43,635 nt of DNA from Candidatus Omnitrophota bacterium (GCA_023819665.1 JAMWCP010000002.1:1-43635); one strand, 5' to 3'; positions 1 through 8,959 are shown, counted from the first letter of the stretch. Program-made: numbers and translations. Notes: a model not told the origin generated them from the letters alone.

Positions 1-1695
1 TTCCTGCCAGATAAGTCTTTTGTCAAGCCCATCGTCATAGGAAATAAAATTACCTATATAAGGGAAATAAGGTGGAATAAAACCCTCAAGCATTCGTCTA
101 TCATAGACAAAATTTCTTCCATAACCGGTAAGAGGGGTGCTACCCGAAAAGGTTCCAAAAGGACCATAAAAATCCGTAATCATACCTCCTAAAAGCGTAA
201 CTACTCCGCGGGGAGAGCCTTGATTATAATTATCTACCGTAAAGATTCCATTTCTACCAGCAGCCATCACCACCGCATGGATATTTAAGTCATTAGGCGC
301 AGAGGTGGAAATCCTTACATTTCCATTCCAGGTAAGTATGCCTAAAAGATTGATGTATCCTTCGGCAGAAAGCTCATTCTCCGGGGTCTGAGGATTATCA
401 GGAGTATACTGTTGATACATAATATGATTGTTAATCACTATATCGCTGTCACTAGAAACAATCAATTTTGTATCTTGCTGCACAGTTCCGGAAAGATTAT
501 AGATTCTACCGTTACCATAGATAATTATCCCTTCATTACCTATACCATCGGGAATGCCATTATAAGTACCCGCTGAAGTTCCCCCACTACCTGTTACATC
601 AGTAACAATGGTTTGCTTAGCAGCATAGTCAATAGTAATATTTTTTGTATTTGTACCTCTAGTTATGGTATAAACTGGCCGGTTATTTTCATCTACTCCC
701 ATCGTAAGCATACCAGCATCTCCTTTGATATATATTCCACCCACCAAATTTCCATTACTATTAGGAAGGTATATCCCCTGTGGCCAGGGAGCATCATTCT
801 GATTTCCGGTGGCCTGGGTTTTTAAATCCTGCTGGGTAACTGACGAGGGTAAATTAATTAGCTCCGCTCCTCTTTCGAACCCTTTCTGAAAAACAGGCAC
901 ATCATAGGGAGGATTGCTCTCAGCATCCAAAAGCCGATACCATCCATTATTATAAAAACGGGCAGTAGTAAGATGTTGGGTAACCCGGTCACTAAAACTA
1001 CCAGAAGGATTATTGGCAAAACTAAAACGTTCATTAGTATGCACAGGTCCAGTAAAACGCGTGTTTTCCGTAAACCAAACAATTGTTCCAGCTGGCGTTC
1101 TCTGATGATTGGTAAAAAGGGCATAGCGGGCATAGTTATCGCGCATAACAGTAACATTAAAGGAGCCATTTAAAAGTCTTACGGTTTTTTCTATAGAAGG
1201 AGTTATATTCGTAATTCCTCCTCTTGCTTCTACCATATAATGATAAGAAAAAACAAATACTTCTTCTCTTACTTCAGAAGGACTACCTCCTACTTTAATT
1301 ATAACCGTCGCATTATAAACTCCGTTGATATCTGAACCTAAAGCTTCTGCTGAACCATTCAGAGCAAAAGTAGCATTATTATTCTGGAGAGTAAAATTAG
1401 CAAAATCTCTCAGAAATCCTAAAGAGTTATTAGCAGTAACATAATTTCTAATTACACTAGGATTAGTTATATTGGATATATTATTCCTTAGATCTATCCT
1501 TATGCGTTTCCTTAGCTCAGAAACCCCTTGATTTGCCCCCGCCTCAGCTAGATTTAAAGCCTGTAAAACATACTTATAGGTCTCAGAAGAACTTTTTTCG
1601 GTTAAATTTGCTGAGAAATAAACTCCAGCTAAAAGTAAAAGTATACCCATGATTACCAAGGAAGTTACCAAAATCACACCCTCTTTTCTTTTCAT
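1..1695 (-). CDS. Large PilX-N-terminal-domain pilus/pseudopilus-associated protein (3' end beyond window; at least 565 aa)
   Basis: Hand translation of the minus strand from ATG 1695-1693 to position 1 gives 565 codons with no stop. It is absent from the ORF track because no stop lies in the window. Its ATG overlaps the TAA of the upstream pseudopilin by 1 nt (TAATG). The N-terminus MKRKEGVILVTSLVIMGILLLLAGVYF...LQALNLAEAGANQGV fits the PilX_N pattern (basic residues, hydrophobic helix, AEAG). Later motifs are GPVHTNERFSF and YDRRMLEGFIPPYFP, with G/N/T-rich beta-strand-like repeats between them. Confidence 0.7.
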   Translation of the reverse strand, partial: MKRKEGVILVTSLVIMGILLLLAGVYFSANLTEKSSSETYKYVLQALNLAEAGANQGVSELRKRIRIDLRNNISNITNPSVIRNYVTANNSLGFLRDFANFTLQNNNATFALNGSAEALGSDINGVYNATVIIKVGGSPSEVREEVFVFSYHYMVEARGGITNITPSIEKTVRLLNGSFNVTVMRDNYARYALFTNHQRTPAGTIVWFTENTRFTGPVHTNERFSFANNPSGSFSDRVTQHLTTARFYNNGWYRLLDAESNPPYDVPVFQKGFERGAELINLPSSVTQQDLKTQATGNQNDAPWPQGIYLPNSNGNLVGGIYIKGDAGMLTMGVDENNRPVYTITRGTNTKNITIDYAAKQTIVTDVTGSGGTSAGTYNGIPDGIGNEGIIIYGNGRIYNLSGTVQQDTKLIVSSDSDIVINNHIMYQQYTPDNPQTPENELSAEGYINLLGILTWNGNVRISTSAPNDLNIHAVVMAAGRNGIFTVDNYNQGSPRGVVTLLGGMITDFYGPFGTFSGSTPLTGYGRNFVYDRRMLEGFIPPYFPYIGNFISYDDGLDKRLIWQE

Positions 1696-2252
1696 TAGAA
1701 CTCTCCCCCCTCTGGTTCAATTACCTCTGTATCCTCGAGGATAGTATTTATATTCCTTAAAGTAACCGTATAATTATTAAAAATAAATCCTGTTTCCTTT
1801 CGGATAGTAATATTTACCATTACTTGATTTTCAAGATTATCAAAGTATATACTTTCTATATCCTGTGCTACTACTACTGCTGGTTCGGTTCCTTCCTTTT
1901 TTAATAACTGAGTTTGATTTTCGGGATTAAGTTTAAAGGTAATCTTTTTTAAATTTTCAATCTCATTACTGGTATTATTAAAAAAAGGTACATAGAAATC
2001 AATACGCGTAGAATTTTCACTTATACTTAAAGGATAATGAGTGGAGTTAATTACCCAATCAGGACTAGATTTTCTTAAAAGCCTACCCATACCACTTAAG
2101 ATTTTCCTTGCTTCCTGCTGTTCTTCTAATTTATTCCTTCCTAAACTAAAGGAGCGATCCGACTGTAGTAAAAAGGTAAAAATTATTCCAAACAAAATAC
2201 TAAAGATTAAAATTACTACCAAAACTTCAACTAAAGTAACGCCTCTTTTCAT
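1695..2252 (-). CDS. Prepilin-type N-terminal cleavage/methylation domain protein, PilW/GspJ-like minor pseudopilin
   Basis: MKRG|VTLVEVLVVILIFSILFG is a class III signal with Glu at +5. QQEARKILSGMGRLLRKS resembles the PilW/GspJ helix. I chose ATG 2252 over the TTG at 2276 in the track because it gives a short leader and removes the overlap with the upstream gene. Confidence 0.75.
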   Translation of the reverse strand: MKRGVTLVEVLVVILIFSILFGIIFTFLLQSDRSFSLGRNKLEEQQEARKILSGMGRLLRKSSPDWVINSTHYPLSISENSTRIDFYVPFFNNTSNEIENLKKITFKLNPENQTQLLKKEGTEPAVVVAQDIESIYFDNLENQVMVNITIRKETGFIFNNYTVTLRNINTILEDTEVIEPEGGEF

Positions 2253-2256
2253 ATTC

Positions 2257-2676
2257 TTACGGGGTAAAGTTAGCAATTAAAGTAATCAACTCTACAGGAG
2301 AAGTAGTGCAGTTATTAATTCCATTTCCAATCAATCTATTTCTACTTTTAAAACAGGCAACAATACGCACTTTTTTTAAATCCGCGTAACTAGTATCATT
2401 AACGGTAATTAACCCTTGGGCATCTAAAGACGAAAAACCCTCAATAGCAAATCTCTGGTTATTAAGCGAATTTAACTGGGTAAAATTTAAATTTTTTATC
2501 TCTTCCATCTTTGCCTCTACGGCAAAGGTGACTCTAGAAAAATCACGTATAAGGTCAGTGGTAAAAAACATCTGAACATAGGTAGCAAGTATCCCACATA
2601 AAACAATCAGAATTATACTTACCGCAAACATTATCTCTATAAACGTAAGACCTTTTAAAATATAACCTTTATCCAT
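2257..2676 (-). CDS. Prepilin-type N-terminal cleavage/methylation domain protein, small pilin (PilV/GspI-like or major-pilin-sized)
   Basis: MDKGYILKG|LTFIEIMFAVSIILIVL is a prepilin leader with Glu at +5. The protein is 139 aa, with a C-terminal Cys pair (CFKSRNRLIGNGINNC) resembling a pilin disulfide loop. Confidence 0.75.
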   Translation of the reverse strand: MDKGYILKGLTFIEIMFAVSIILIVLCGILATYVQMFFTTDLIRDFSRVTFAVEAKMEEIKNLNFTQLNSLNNQRFAIEGFSSLDAQGLITVNDTSYADLKKVRIVACFKSRNRLIGNGINNCTTSPVELITLIANFTP

Positions 2677-2680
2677 AAGA

Positions 2681-3457
2681 TTATTTTTTTCTCTCTTCTT
2701 TTAAGAGAGCGGCGTAGAATTCCTTCCAGGGAAAGTTTTTACCCGGACATTCTGTTCTTGCGCCGGTAACCTGGCCGTGTCCTAAAATATTTCTTAAAGG
2801 TATATGGTAGTATCTCCTTAATATATTAACCAGATAAACCAAAGATTCTAACTGTTTACTAGAAACTTTCTCTTTACTGAAATTTCCCACCAAGCATACT
2901 CCAATTCCTTTATAATTCATTCCCGAAGCCCGACAATGCGCACCATCCCTTTGTTTTATCCAGCGGGGGGTTGCTTCAATTTGACCATCAAGTTTTCCTT
3001 CAGTGCCGTTATCAATGACAAAATGATATCCTGTGCCCTGAAATCCCCTTTTCATATGTAAGTCAAAAAGAGATAAACCATTTCCCGTATCAGTAGCACT
3101 GTGATGGATAATCACATATTTCCATTTATCAGTTTTATATAAAGGGATCACCGGTCTTAAAGGTGCGGCCTGTGGAATAATTAATCTCTGTCCCATTTCT
3201 AAGGTGGTTGGGTTTTTTATATTATTGACGCGCATAATTTCCTGCATATCTACATCGTACATCTTAGAAATTCTCCAGAGGGTCTCGCCGGGGCTAACCA
3301 CATGAAATACGTCCTGTCTTAAAACGGGAGAAGAAACTTTTGGGTATACCTCTAAGGGTTCTACACCTTTCGGCACCGTTGCGCAAGAAGTTAATAAAAA
3401 AGAAGTTAGAAAAATAGAAATTTCTAAGAAAATTGTTTTTTTTGATAACTTAAACAT
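2681..3457 (-). CDS. LysM-domain N-acetylmuramoyl-L-alanine amidase (Amidase_2/PGRP type), predicted lipoprotein
   Basis: Lipobox LLTSC after a hydrophobic N-terminus. LysM motif [44 protein letters not shown]. Amidase_2 motifs VIIHHSATD and [20 protein letters not shown] chose the start at Met15 (3457), which overlaps the trxA stop by 8 nt (ATGTTTAA). Confidence 0.85.
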   Translation of the reverse strand: MFKLSKKTIFLEISIFLTSFLLTSCATVPKGVEPLEVYPKVSSPVLRQDVFHVVSPGETLWRISKMYDVDMQEIMRVNNIKNPTTLEMGQRLIIPQAAPLRPVIPLYKTDKWKYVIIHHSATDTGNGLSLFDLHMKRGFQGTGYHFVIDNGTEGKLDGQIEATPRWIKQRDGAHCRASGMNYKGIGVCLVGNFSKEKVSSKQLESLVYLVNILRRYYHIPLRNILGHGQVTGARTECPGKNFPWKEFYAALLKEERKK

Positions 3458-3770
3458 AAGTTTTAAGCCGGAATAAAATCTCCTCTTTAGGTACCGCACC
3501 TATAAGGGAATCTACAATTTTCCCTTCTTTAAAGATTAAAAGCGTAGGTATGCTCATTATTCCATAATATGAAGCCAATTGCGGATAGTCATCTACATTT
3601 AACTTGCCTACCTTAACTTTATCTTTGTATTCTCTGGCTACCTCTTCTAAAATAGGCGCAATCAATCTACAAGGGCCACACCAGGGTGCCCAGAAATCCA
3701 CCAAAACAGGAAGGTTTGCCTCTAAAACTTCAGTTTTAAAATTTTGCTCTGTAAGAATTACACTATACAT
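3450..3770 (-). CDS. trxA: Thioredoxin
   Basis: 106 aa with the WAPWCGPCR active site and typical thioredoxin length and layout. Confidence 0.95.
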   Translation of the reverse strand: MYSVILTEQNFKTEVLEANLPVLVDFWAPWCGPCRLIAPILEEVAREYKDKVKVGKLNVDDYPQLASYYGIMSIPTLLIFKEGKIVDSLIGAVPKEEILFRLKTYV

Positions 3771-4611
3771 AGAACTCCTTTCTTCGATAACGAAATATTA
3801 AAAGCAAAATACCCGCTAATACCATAAAACTGCAAAGCAGCTGACCCATCGTAAAATATCTCAAAACAAATCCCAACTGTATATCAGGCTGACGGAAATA
3901 TTCTATCATAAATCTTAAAATTCCATAACCTAAAATATAGAAGCAAAAGGACATCCCTTTAATCTTTATCTTTTTGCTTACAAAACTAAGCAACAAAAAA
4001 AGTACAATTCCTTCAAAAAATGCTTCATAGAGTTGGGAAGGATGACGCAATTGTCTTAAAGGATCGGTAGGGAAATACATCCCTAAAAAAAAATTGGTTG
4101 GTCTTCCATAGAGTTCTAAATTTAAAAAATTACCGATTCTACCAAAAGTGTAACCTAAAGGCACTGCCCAAGCGACCAGATCTGCAAGCCTCCAAAAATC
4201 GATTCTGTTTTTATAACAGAAAAACAAGGTCCCCAAAATCAAACCAAGTAATCCTCCATGATAACTCATCCCCGATATTCCTATAAACCTTATTCCCTGT
4301 TTAAAATCAAAAGGCAAAAATATCTCTAAAGGATTCTCCAGATAATAACTAAAATTATAAAAAAATACATAACCCAAACGAGCACCTAAGATCACAGCCA
4401 GAATCATCCAGAAGAAATAATCATCAATAAGACTTCTCGCTATAGGTATCTTTTCTTTATTTAATCTATAAAGAATCATCCTATAGGTAAATAAAAATGA
4501 AAGCGTATACATAATTCCATACCAGCGGATTTGAAAAAAATTCCCTCTTAAAATTACTGGATTAATATACTGAGGAAGATGTTGCCAGAAAAAAACTATT
4601 TTCTCTATCAT
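3763..4611 (-). CDS. lgt: Prolipoprotein diacylglyceryl transferase
   Basis: Polytopic membrane protein with the Lgt motifs [10 protein letters not shown] and [16 protein letters not shown]. Confidence 0.93.
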   Translation of the reverse strand: MIEKIVFFWQHLPQYINPVILRGNFFQIRWYGIMYTLSFLFTYRMILYRLNKEKIPIARSLIDDYFFWMILAVILGARLGYVFFYNFSYYLENPLEIFLPFDFKQGIRFIGISGMSYHGGLLGLILGTLFFCYKNRIDFWRLADLVAWAVPLGYTFGRIGNFLNLELYGRPTNFFLGMYFPTDPLRQLRHPSQLYEAFFEGIVLFLLLSFVSKKIKIKGMSFCFYILGYGILRFMIEYFRQPDIQLGFVLRYFTMGQLLCSFMVLAGILLLIFRYRRKEFYV

Positions 4612-4674
4612 ATTAAGAGGCTAATTTATTAAACCTTATTAACCCATTACATTCAAGATTTATACAGACGATCT

Positions 4675-5448
4675 CTACTGTCTTAATTTTTCTTCAATAT
4701 TAATATAATCTTTAAAACCCATCTCCTCCCCTAATTCCTGTTTTACAATCCGGATACGATCAGGAATGTAAGGATGTGTACGTATATACGAGAGAGGCTG
4801 AGGTTTTTTATTACGGTATAACTTCTGAAGTTTTTCCAAAAAAGAAACCATTGCTTTTGGATTAAATCCTGCTAATTTTGCATAGCGACATCCGAGTTTG
4901 TCTGCCATAAATTCGTCCTGTCGACTATACCCTAAAAGAATCTCACTAAAGGCGTAATCAAATGCCTTAATTACATCGCTCTCGCTAGATACCTGAGAAA
5001 GCAAAACCATCAACAGAGAATATCCCCATCCTGCCTGCAGTTTCTTAATACTGTGGCGGCAAACAGTATGTCCTATTTCGTGCCCTAACACTGCTGCTAA
5101 TTCATCATCGTCTGCTTTCTCTAAAACTCCTCTGTTTACATATACAAAACCACCCGGTAAAGCAAAAGCATTCACCTCCTTTTCATCCAAAACAAAAAAT
5201 TGATACTTTATCTCTTTTCTGTCAGAAACACGAGCCACTTTTTCACCAATCTGTTTTACTCTCTCCTGCAAGAGAGGATCATCAGCTAATTTATATCTAC
5301 GGTTAATTTCATAAGCAAGCGACTCTCCTAAACGTACTTCTTTCTCTGTAGAATAAAAATAGATCTCCTCTCTCTGGGTAGCAATGTTATACTCCGTAGC
5401 ACAACCAAAAATCAAAAGAATAGAAAAACAAAAAAAATATCTCCTCAT
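4675..5448 (-). CDS. M48-family zinc metallopeptidase, predicted lipoprotein
   Basis: HEIGH zinc motif, NAFALPGG motif, and an N-terminal lipobox (LLIFGC). Confidence 0.85.
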   Translation of the reverse strand: MRRYFFCFSILLIFGCATEYNIATQREEIYFYSTEKEVRLGESLAYEINRRYKLADDPLLQERVKQIGEKVARVSDRKEIKYQFFVLDEKEVNAFALPGGFVYVNRGVLEKADDDELAAVLGHEIGHTVCRHSIKKLQAGWGYSLLMVLLSQVSSESDVIKAFDYAFSEILLGYSRQDEFMADKLGCRYAKLAGFNPKAMVSFLEKLQKLYRNKKPQPLSYIRTHPYIPDRIRIVKQELGEEMGFKDYINIEEKLRQ

Positions 5449-5996
5449 TTGAAATCTTTAACTTTAAAAATAGAATAAAGTTTTATCCCTATTCTTTTTA
5501 GATTTTTCTCTGCACCTTCTTGGCGATCTAAAATTACAAATGCTGAATCTACTTTTATATTCTTGTCTCTTAAAACCTTTGCGCTTTCCACAAGGGAACT
5601 CCCCGAAGTAGCAACATCATCTATTAGAAGAATCTTATCATTTCTTGTTAAAATAGGACCTTCTATCTGACGCATTAATCCATGGAGTTTTATTGATTTC
5701 CTCACAATGAACGCCTTTAAAGAAAGATCTTTAAAATAACTTAAAAGTAATATCGCACCTAAAATAGGATCTGCTCCTAAAGTAGGGCCACCTATAGTAG
5801 AGAATTTTCTTTTCCGAATAAAATCCAATACAAGTTCTGCTATTAAATAACTCCCCTCCGAGCTTAAGGTTATTCTTCTTAAATCAAAATAGTAATTACT
5901 TATCCTACCAGAAGAGAGCCTTACCTTTTTTTCAAAAAAAGCTCTCTTCTTAATAAGATAATATAAATTTTCTTTTATCTTCGTTAAATTTTCCAT
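5445..5996 (-). CDS. pyrE: Orotate phosphoribosyltransferase
   Basis: PRPP-binding loop LLIDDVATSGSS and a short-form OPRTase layout (183 aa). Confidence 0.88.
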   Translation of the reverse strand: MENLTKIKENLYYLIKKRAFFEKKVRLSSGRISNYYFDLRRITLSSEGSYLIAELVLDFIRKRKFSTIGGPTLGADPILGAILLLSYFKDLSLKAFIVRKSIKLHGLMRQIEGPILTRNDKILLIDDVATSGSSLVESAKVLRDKNIKVDSAFVILDRQEGAEKNLKRIGIKLYSIFKVKDFK

Positions 5997-6006
5997 ACGC
6001 AGCCTT

Positions 6007-6035
6007 ATTTTACTATCCTTAGATTTTTATGTCAA
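6007..6035 (-). promoter_or_regulatory. Sigma70-like promoter for pyrE (TTGACA-17 nt-TAAAAT)
   Basis: On the minus strand, TTGACA lies at 6035-6030, followed by a 17-nt spacer and TAAAAT at 6012-6007. Only 10 nt separate the -10 element from the pyrE ATG (5996), and there is no Shine-Dalgarno. Confidence 0.5.
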
Positions 6036-6040
6036 TTCTT

Positions 6041-6069
6041 TTGACAAAGGAGTTTTTAGCTGTTATGAT
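6041..6069 (+). promoter_or_regulatory. Sigma70-like promoter for comF-lptF-lptG (TTGACA-17 nt-TATGAT)
   Basis: TTGACA lies at 6041-6046, followed by a 17-nt spacer and TATGAT at 6064-6069. Only 10 nt separate the -10 element from the comF ATG (6080), and there is no Shine-Dalgarno. Confidence 0.5.
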
Positions 6070-6079
6070 ATAGATAATT

Positions 6080-6793
6080 ATGTTAAATATCCTAGACACA
6101 ATTCTTAATATAGTTTATCCGCCGAGATGTTTGATCTGTAAAAAAAGCATATCTGTTGAACAGAGAGGAAAACCCATCTGCCAAATCTGTCAAAATAGTA
6201 TAAAGAAAAACCTCCCTCCTTTTTGTAGATACTGTTCAAAACATACAGAAGACGATCTTCCCATCTGTAGCAACTGTCAAAATAAAAATTTCTATTTTGA
6301 TGAAGCCTTTTCTGCATGTGTATACGAGGGAGTTATAAAAGATATCATACATCAATTCAAGTATAAAAATAAAGATTATTTAGGTAAATTTTTGGCAGAG
6401 ATACTAATTGAATTTATAAATACATATAAATTACCAATAAGAGAATTTGATTTTGTTACCGCAGTTCCCCTGCACTCTACTAAGATGCGTCAAAGAGAAT
6501 ATAACCAATCCCTGATTCTGGCTCGGTATATCGCCAAAAATTTCAAGGTAACCCTTCTGAAGGATGCTCTATATAAAACAAAAAATACTACTTCTCAGAC
6601 AGAACTGGATTCTCAAGCTCGACTAAAAAACGTAATAGATTCTTTTAGGTTAAATCATAAAATTAACTTTACTGACAAAAGCATTCTTCTTATCGATGAT
6701 GTTCTTACTACCGGCGCAACTTCTTCAGAAATAGCCAGAATATTTAAATCGGCAGGTGTACGACGCGTAGCCGTATTGGTATTAGCTAGTTAA
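6080..6793 (+). CDS. comF: ComF-family protein (phosphoribosyltransferase-like with N-terminal zinc fingers)
   Basis: Cys clusters in the N-terminal half (CLIC...CQIC, CRYC...CSNC) and a C-terminal PRT loop LLIDDVLTTGAT. Confidence 0.85.
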   Translation: MLNILDTILNIVYPPRCLICKKSISVEQRGKPICQICQNSIKKNLPPFCRYCSKHTEDDLPICSNCQNKNFYFDEAFSACVYEGVIKDIIHQFKYKNKDYLGKFLAEILIEFINTYKLPIREFDFVTAVPLHSTKMRQREYNQSLILARYIAKNFKVTLLKDALYKTKNTTSQTELDSQARLKNVIDSFRLNHKINFTDKSILLIDDVLTTGATSSEIARIFKSAGVRRVAVLVLAS

Positions 6794-6794
6794 G

Positions 6795-7892
6795 ATGCGG
6801 ATATTAAGAAATTACATTCTTAAAGAATTTTTCGGATTCTTCTTGCTTTCTCTTGGCCTGCTTACCTTTTTAATGATCATGGGTAATCTTATTAAAATAG
6901 CCAATCTTATTATCAGTAAGGGAGTAGAAATAAGCGGGATAATAAAACTCTTTAGCTATCTGATTCCTTATCTTTTAACCTACACTATCCCTATTTCTAC
7001 ATTAACTGGTATTTTATTAACCTTTGGTAGATTAAGTGGTGATAACGAAATTATTGCTATTAGAACAAGCGGCATAAATATAATTTATATTATCCTGCCG
7101 GTAATGATTATAGGGCTCATGTTGAGTTTATTTCTTATAATCCTCAATGATTCGGTTATTCCTTACACTCACTATGCTAGCCGTAGAGCATTTGTTGAGA
7201 TAGGAGTTAAAAATCCAGCAGCTTTTCTGGAAGCAGGGACTTTCATCGATGCCTTCCAAAATTACATTATTTTTATTTATAATATTCAAGATAATAAACT
7301 TTTTAATATTCGTATTTACGAACTTCAAACAGACAACCGCCCCCCACGTACTATTGTCGCAAAAAAGGGAGAGTTTGTTAGTATCCCGGAAAAATCTATA
7401 GTGAAATTGAAACTTGTCGATGGCACATCTGACGAACCTGATCCTAATAATCCTTATAATTTTTATAAACTTAATTTTAAAACATATTTCATAAATCTCA
7501 ATTTAAGTAATAACTTACAAATGATACAAAAAGAGAAGAAACCAAAAGATATGAATTTTATGGAATTAAAACAAAAGGTACAAGAGATGAAAAAGATGGG
7601 AATAGATCCAACAGTAATACTTTCACATCTTCAGGAAAGGATCGCTCTTTCTTTTTCTTGTTTTGTCTTTACAGTTATTGGTGCGGCTTTAGGTTTAATT
7701 ACTCGTAGTAGAAAAAAAACCATAAACTTAAGTATTGCTTCCTTAATTGTAGGGATATATTATATGTTATTGTTAGGCTCGGAAGCTCTTTCAATAAACG
7801 GATTTATTCATCCCCAAATAGGGATGTGGCTTCCCAATATTATAATAGGAACAACGGGAATATTTTTACTCTCTCATATATGTGCATACTAG
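6795..7892 (+). CDS. lptF: LPS export ABC transporter permease LptF
   Basis: YjgP/YjgQ-type permease layout: three TM segments, a periplasmic beta-jellyroll region, then three TM segments. The N-terminus RILRNYILKEF is typical. The paired gene lies directly downstream. Confidence 0.85.
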   Translation: MRILRNYILKEFFGFFLLSLGLLTFLMIMGNLIKIANLIISKGVEISGIIKLFSYLIPYLLTYTIPISTLTGILLTFGRLSGDNEIIAIRTSGINIIYIILPVMIIGLMLSLFLIILNDSVIPYTHYASRRAFVEIGVKNPAAFLEAGTFIDAFQNYIIFIYNIQDNKLFNIRIYELQTDNRPPRTIVAKKGEFVSIPEKSIVKLKLVDGTSDEPDPNNPYNFYKLNFKTYFINLNLSNNLQMIQKEKKPKDMNFMELKQKVQEMKKMGIDPTVILSHLQERIALSFSCFVFTVIGAALGLITRSRKKTINLSIASLIVGIYYMLLLGSEALSINGFIHPQIGMWLPNIIIGTTGIFLLSHICAY

Positions 7893-8959
7893 ATCGCTAT
7901 ATAGTTAGATCGGTACTATTTGTTCTGATAGGATGTATCTTATTTTTCTGTTTTCTTTATATCATTATAGATATATTCACTCATCTTGACGAAATAATAA
8001 AACAAAAAGTACCTTTCTCTTTACTTACAGAGTATTATCTTGTTTACATCCCATTTATTTTTACGCAAGTTACACCTCTTGCTTGTCTTTTAGCAACAAT
8101 TTATACATTGGGGAACCTCTCTCGCCATTATGAAATTATTGCTCTGCGAACAGCAGGATTAAGTACTTTTAGAATTGTCAGAACAGTAATTATCTTAGGT
8201 ATCCTGGTAAGTATGGCGGTATTTATGGTTAATGAGCGTATGGTTCCTTCATCTGTAGAAATTTTTGAAAAGATAAAAATCAATATGTCAAAATCAGCAA
8301 AAAAAGAAGAGGTGTTTAATTTATGTATCTATGGTTTAAAAAATAGATTATTATTTATAAATAAACTTTCTATAAAAAACAATACCTTAGAAGGAATCAC
8401 TATATTAGAAGAAGATAAGAATCAAAATATCATTAGAAAAATTGTTGCTCGAGAAGGAATCTGGCAAAATGGGAATTGGAAGTTCTCGGAAATGATTATT
8501 TATAATTTTGACGAAGACGGTCGGCTTAAAGGAGATATAGAGTATTATCCAACAGAAATTATAGATATTGCCGAAACCCCCCAAGACTTTTTAAAACAAA
8601 GGAAAAATCCCCAAACCATGAGTATATGGCAACTTAAAAAGCATATATCAAGACTTCTAAACAGCTCTGCTAAAGCGGTGGCTAAAAACCTAAAAATCGA
8701 CCTTTACCACCGAATATTTTTCTCTTTCAGCAGTTTAATAATTACTATCTTGGGAATCCCTTTTGCCTTACGCATAAAAGGAAGATCATCTGCTTTTTCT
8801 TCGTTAGGGATATCTTTTGGGCTAAGTTTCTTGTATTATGCAATGGATGCTATTTCGGTTGCTTTAGGAAAAGCAGGATGGCTCTCTCCTTTTATAAGCG
8901 CAGCAAATACTCATCTTATCTTTCTCTTCATTGGCGGTTATCTGATTTGCAGACTATAA
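7880..8959 (+). CDS. lptG: LPS export ABC transporter permease LptG
   Basis: Starts MCILDRYIVRSV, the typical LptG N-terminus. It has the same permease architecture as the preceding gene. I chose ATG 7880 over the track start at 7826. It overlaps the lptF stop. Confidence 0.85.
   Translation: MCILDRYIVRSVLFVLIGCILFFCFLYIIIDIFTHLDEIIKQKVPFSLLTEYYLVYIPFIFTQVTPLACLLATIYTLGNLSRHYEIIALRTAGLSTFRIVRTVIILGILVSMAVFMVNERMVPSSVEIFEKIKINMSKSAKKEEVFNLCIYGLKNRLLFINKLSIKNNTLEGITILEEDKNQNIIRKIVAREGIWQNGNWKFSEMIIYNFDEDGRLKGDIEYYPTEIIDIAETPQDFLKQRKNPQTMSIWQLKKHISRLLNSSAKAVAKNLKIDLYHRIFFSFSSLIITILGIPFALRIKGRSSAFSSLGISFGLSFLYYAMDAISVALGKAGWLSPFISAANTHLIFLFIGGYLICRL

Noticed and set aside
613-1173. Three short track ORFs (613-825 +, 858-1169 -, 973-1173 +) in what looked like an ORF-poor left end.
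   Set aside because: They lie entirely inside, and out of frame with or antisense to, the 565-codon minus-strand frame 1695-1. That frame has a coherent pilus-protein-like sequence. The short ORFs have low-complexity, hydrophobic, antisense-type composition and no ribosome-binding sites.
3458-3499. N-terminal extensions in the ORF track: amidase to 3499, rluD to 25609, yggS to 31611 (TTG), lptG from 7826, pseudopilin to 2276 (TTG).
   Set aside because: Downstream ATG codons give canonical N-termini: a lipoprotein signal, an S4-domain start, the YggS core, MCILDRYIV for LptG, and the short prepilin leader MKRG|VTLVE. They also turn long overlaps into the 1-8 nt stop-start junctions typical of this window.
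4612-4674. Possible promoter for lgt (TTGAAT-17 nt-TTTAAT) in the 63-nt gap after the M48 peptidase gene.
   Set aside because: Both hexamers are weak matches and several alternative alignments are equally good in this AT-rich stretch. The evidence is not strong enough to list it as a feature.
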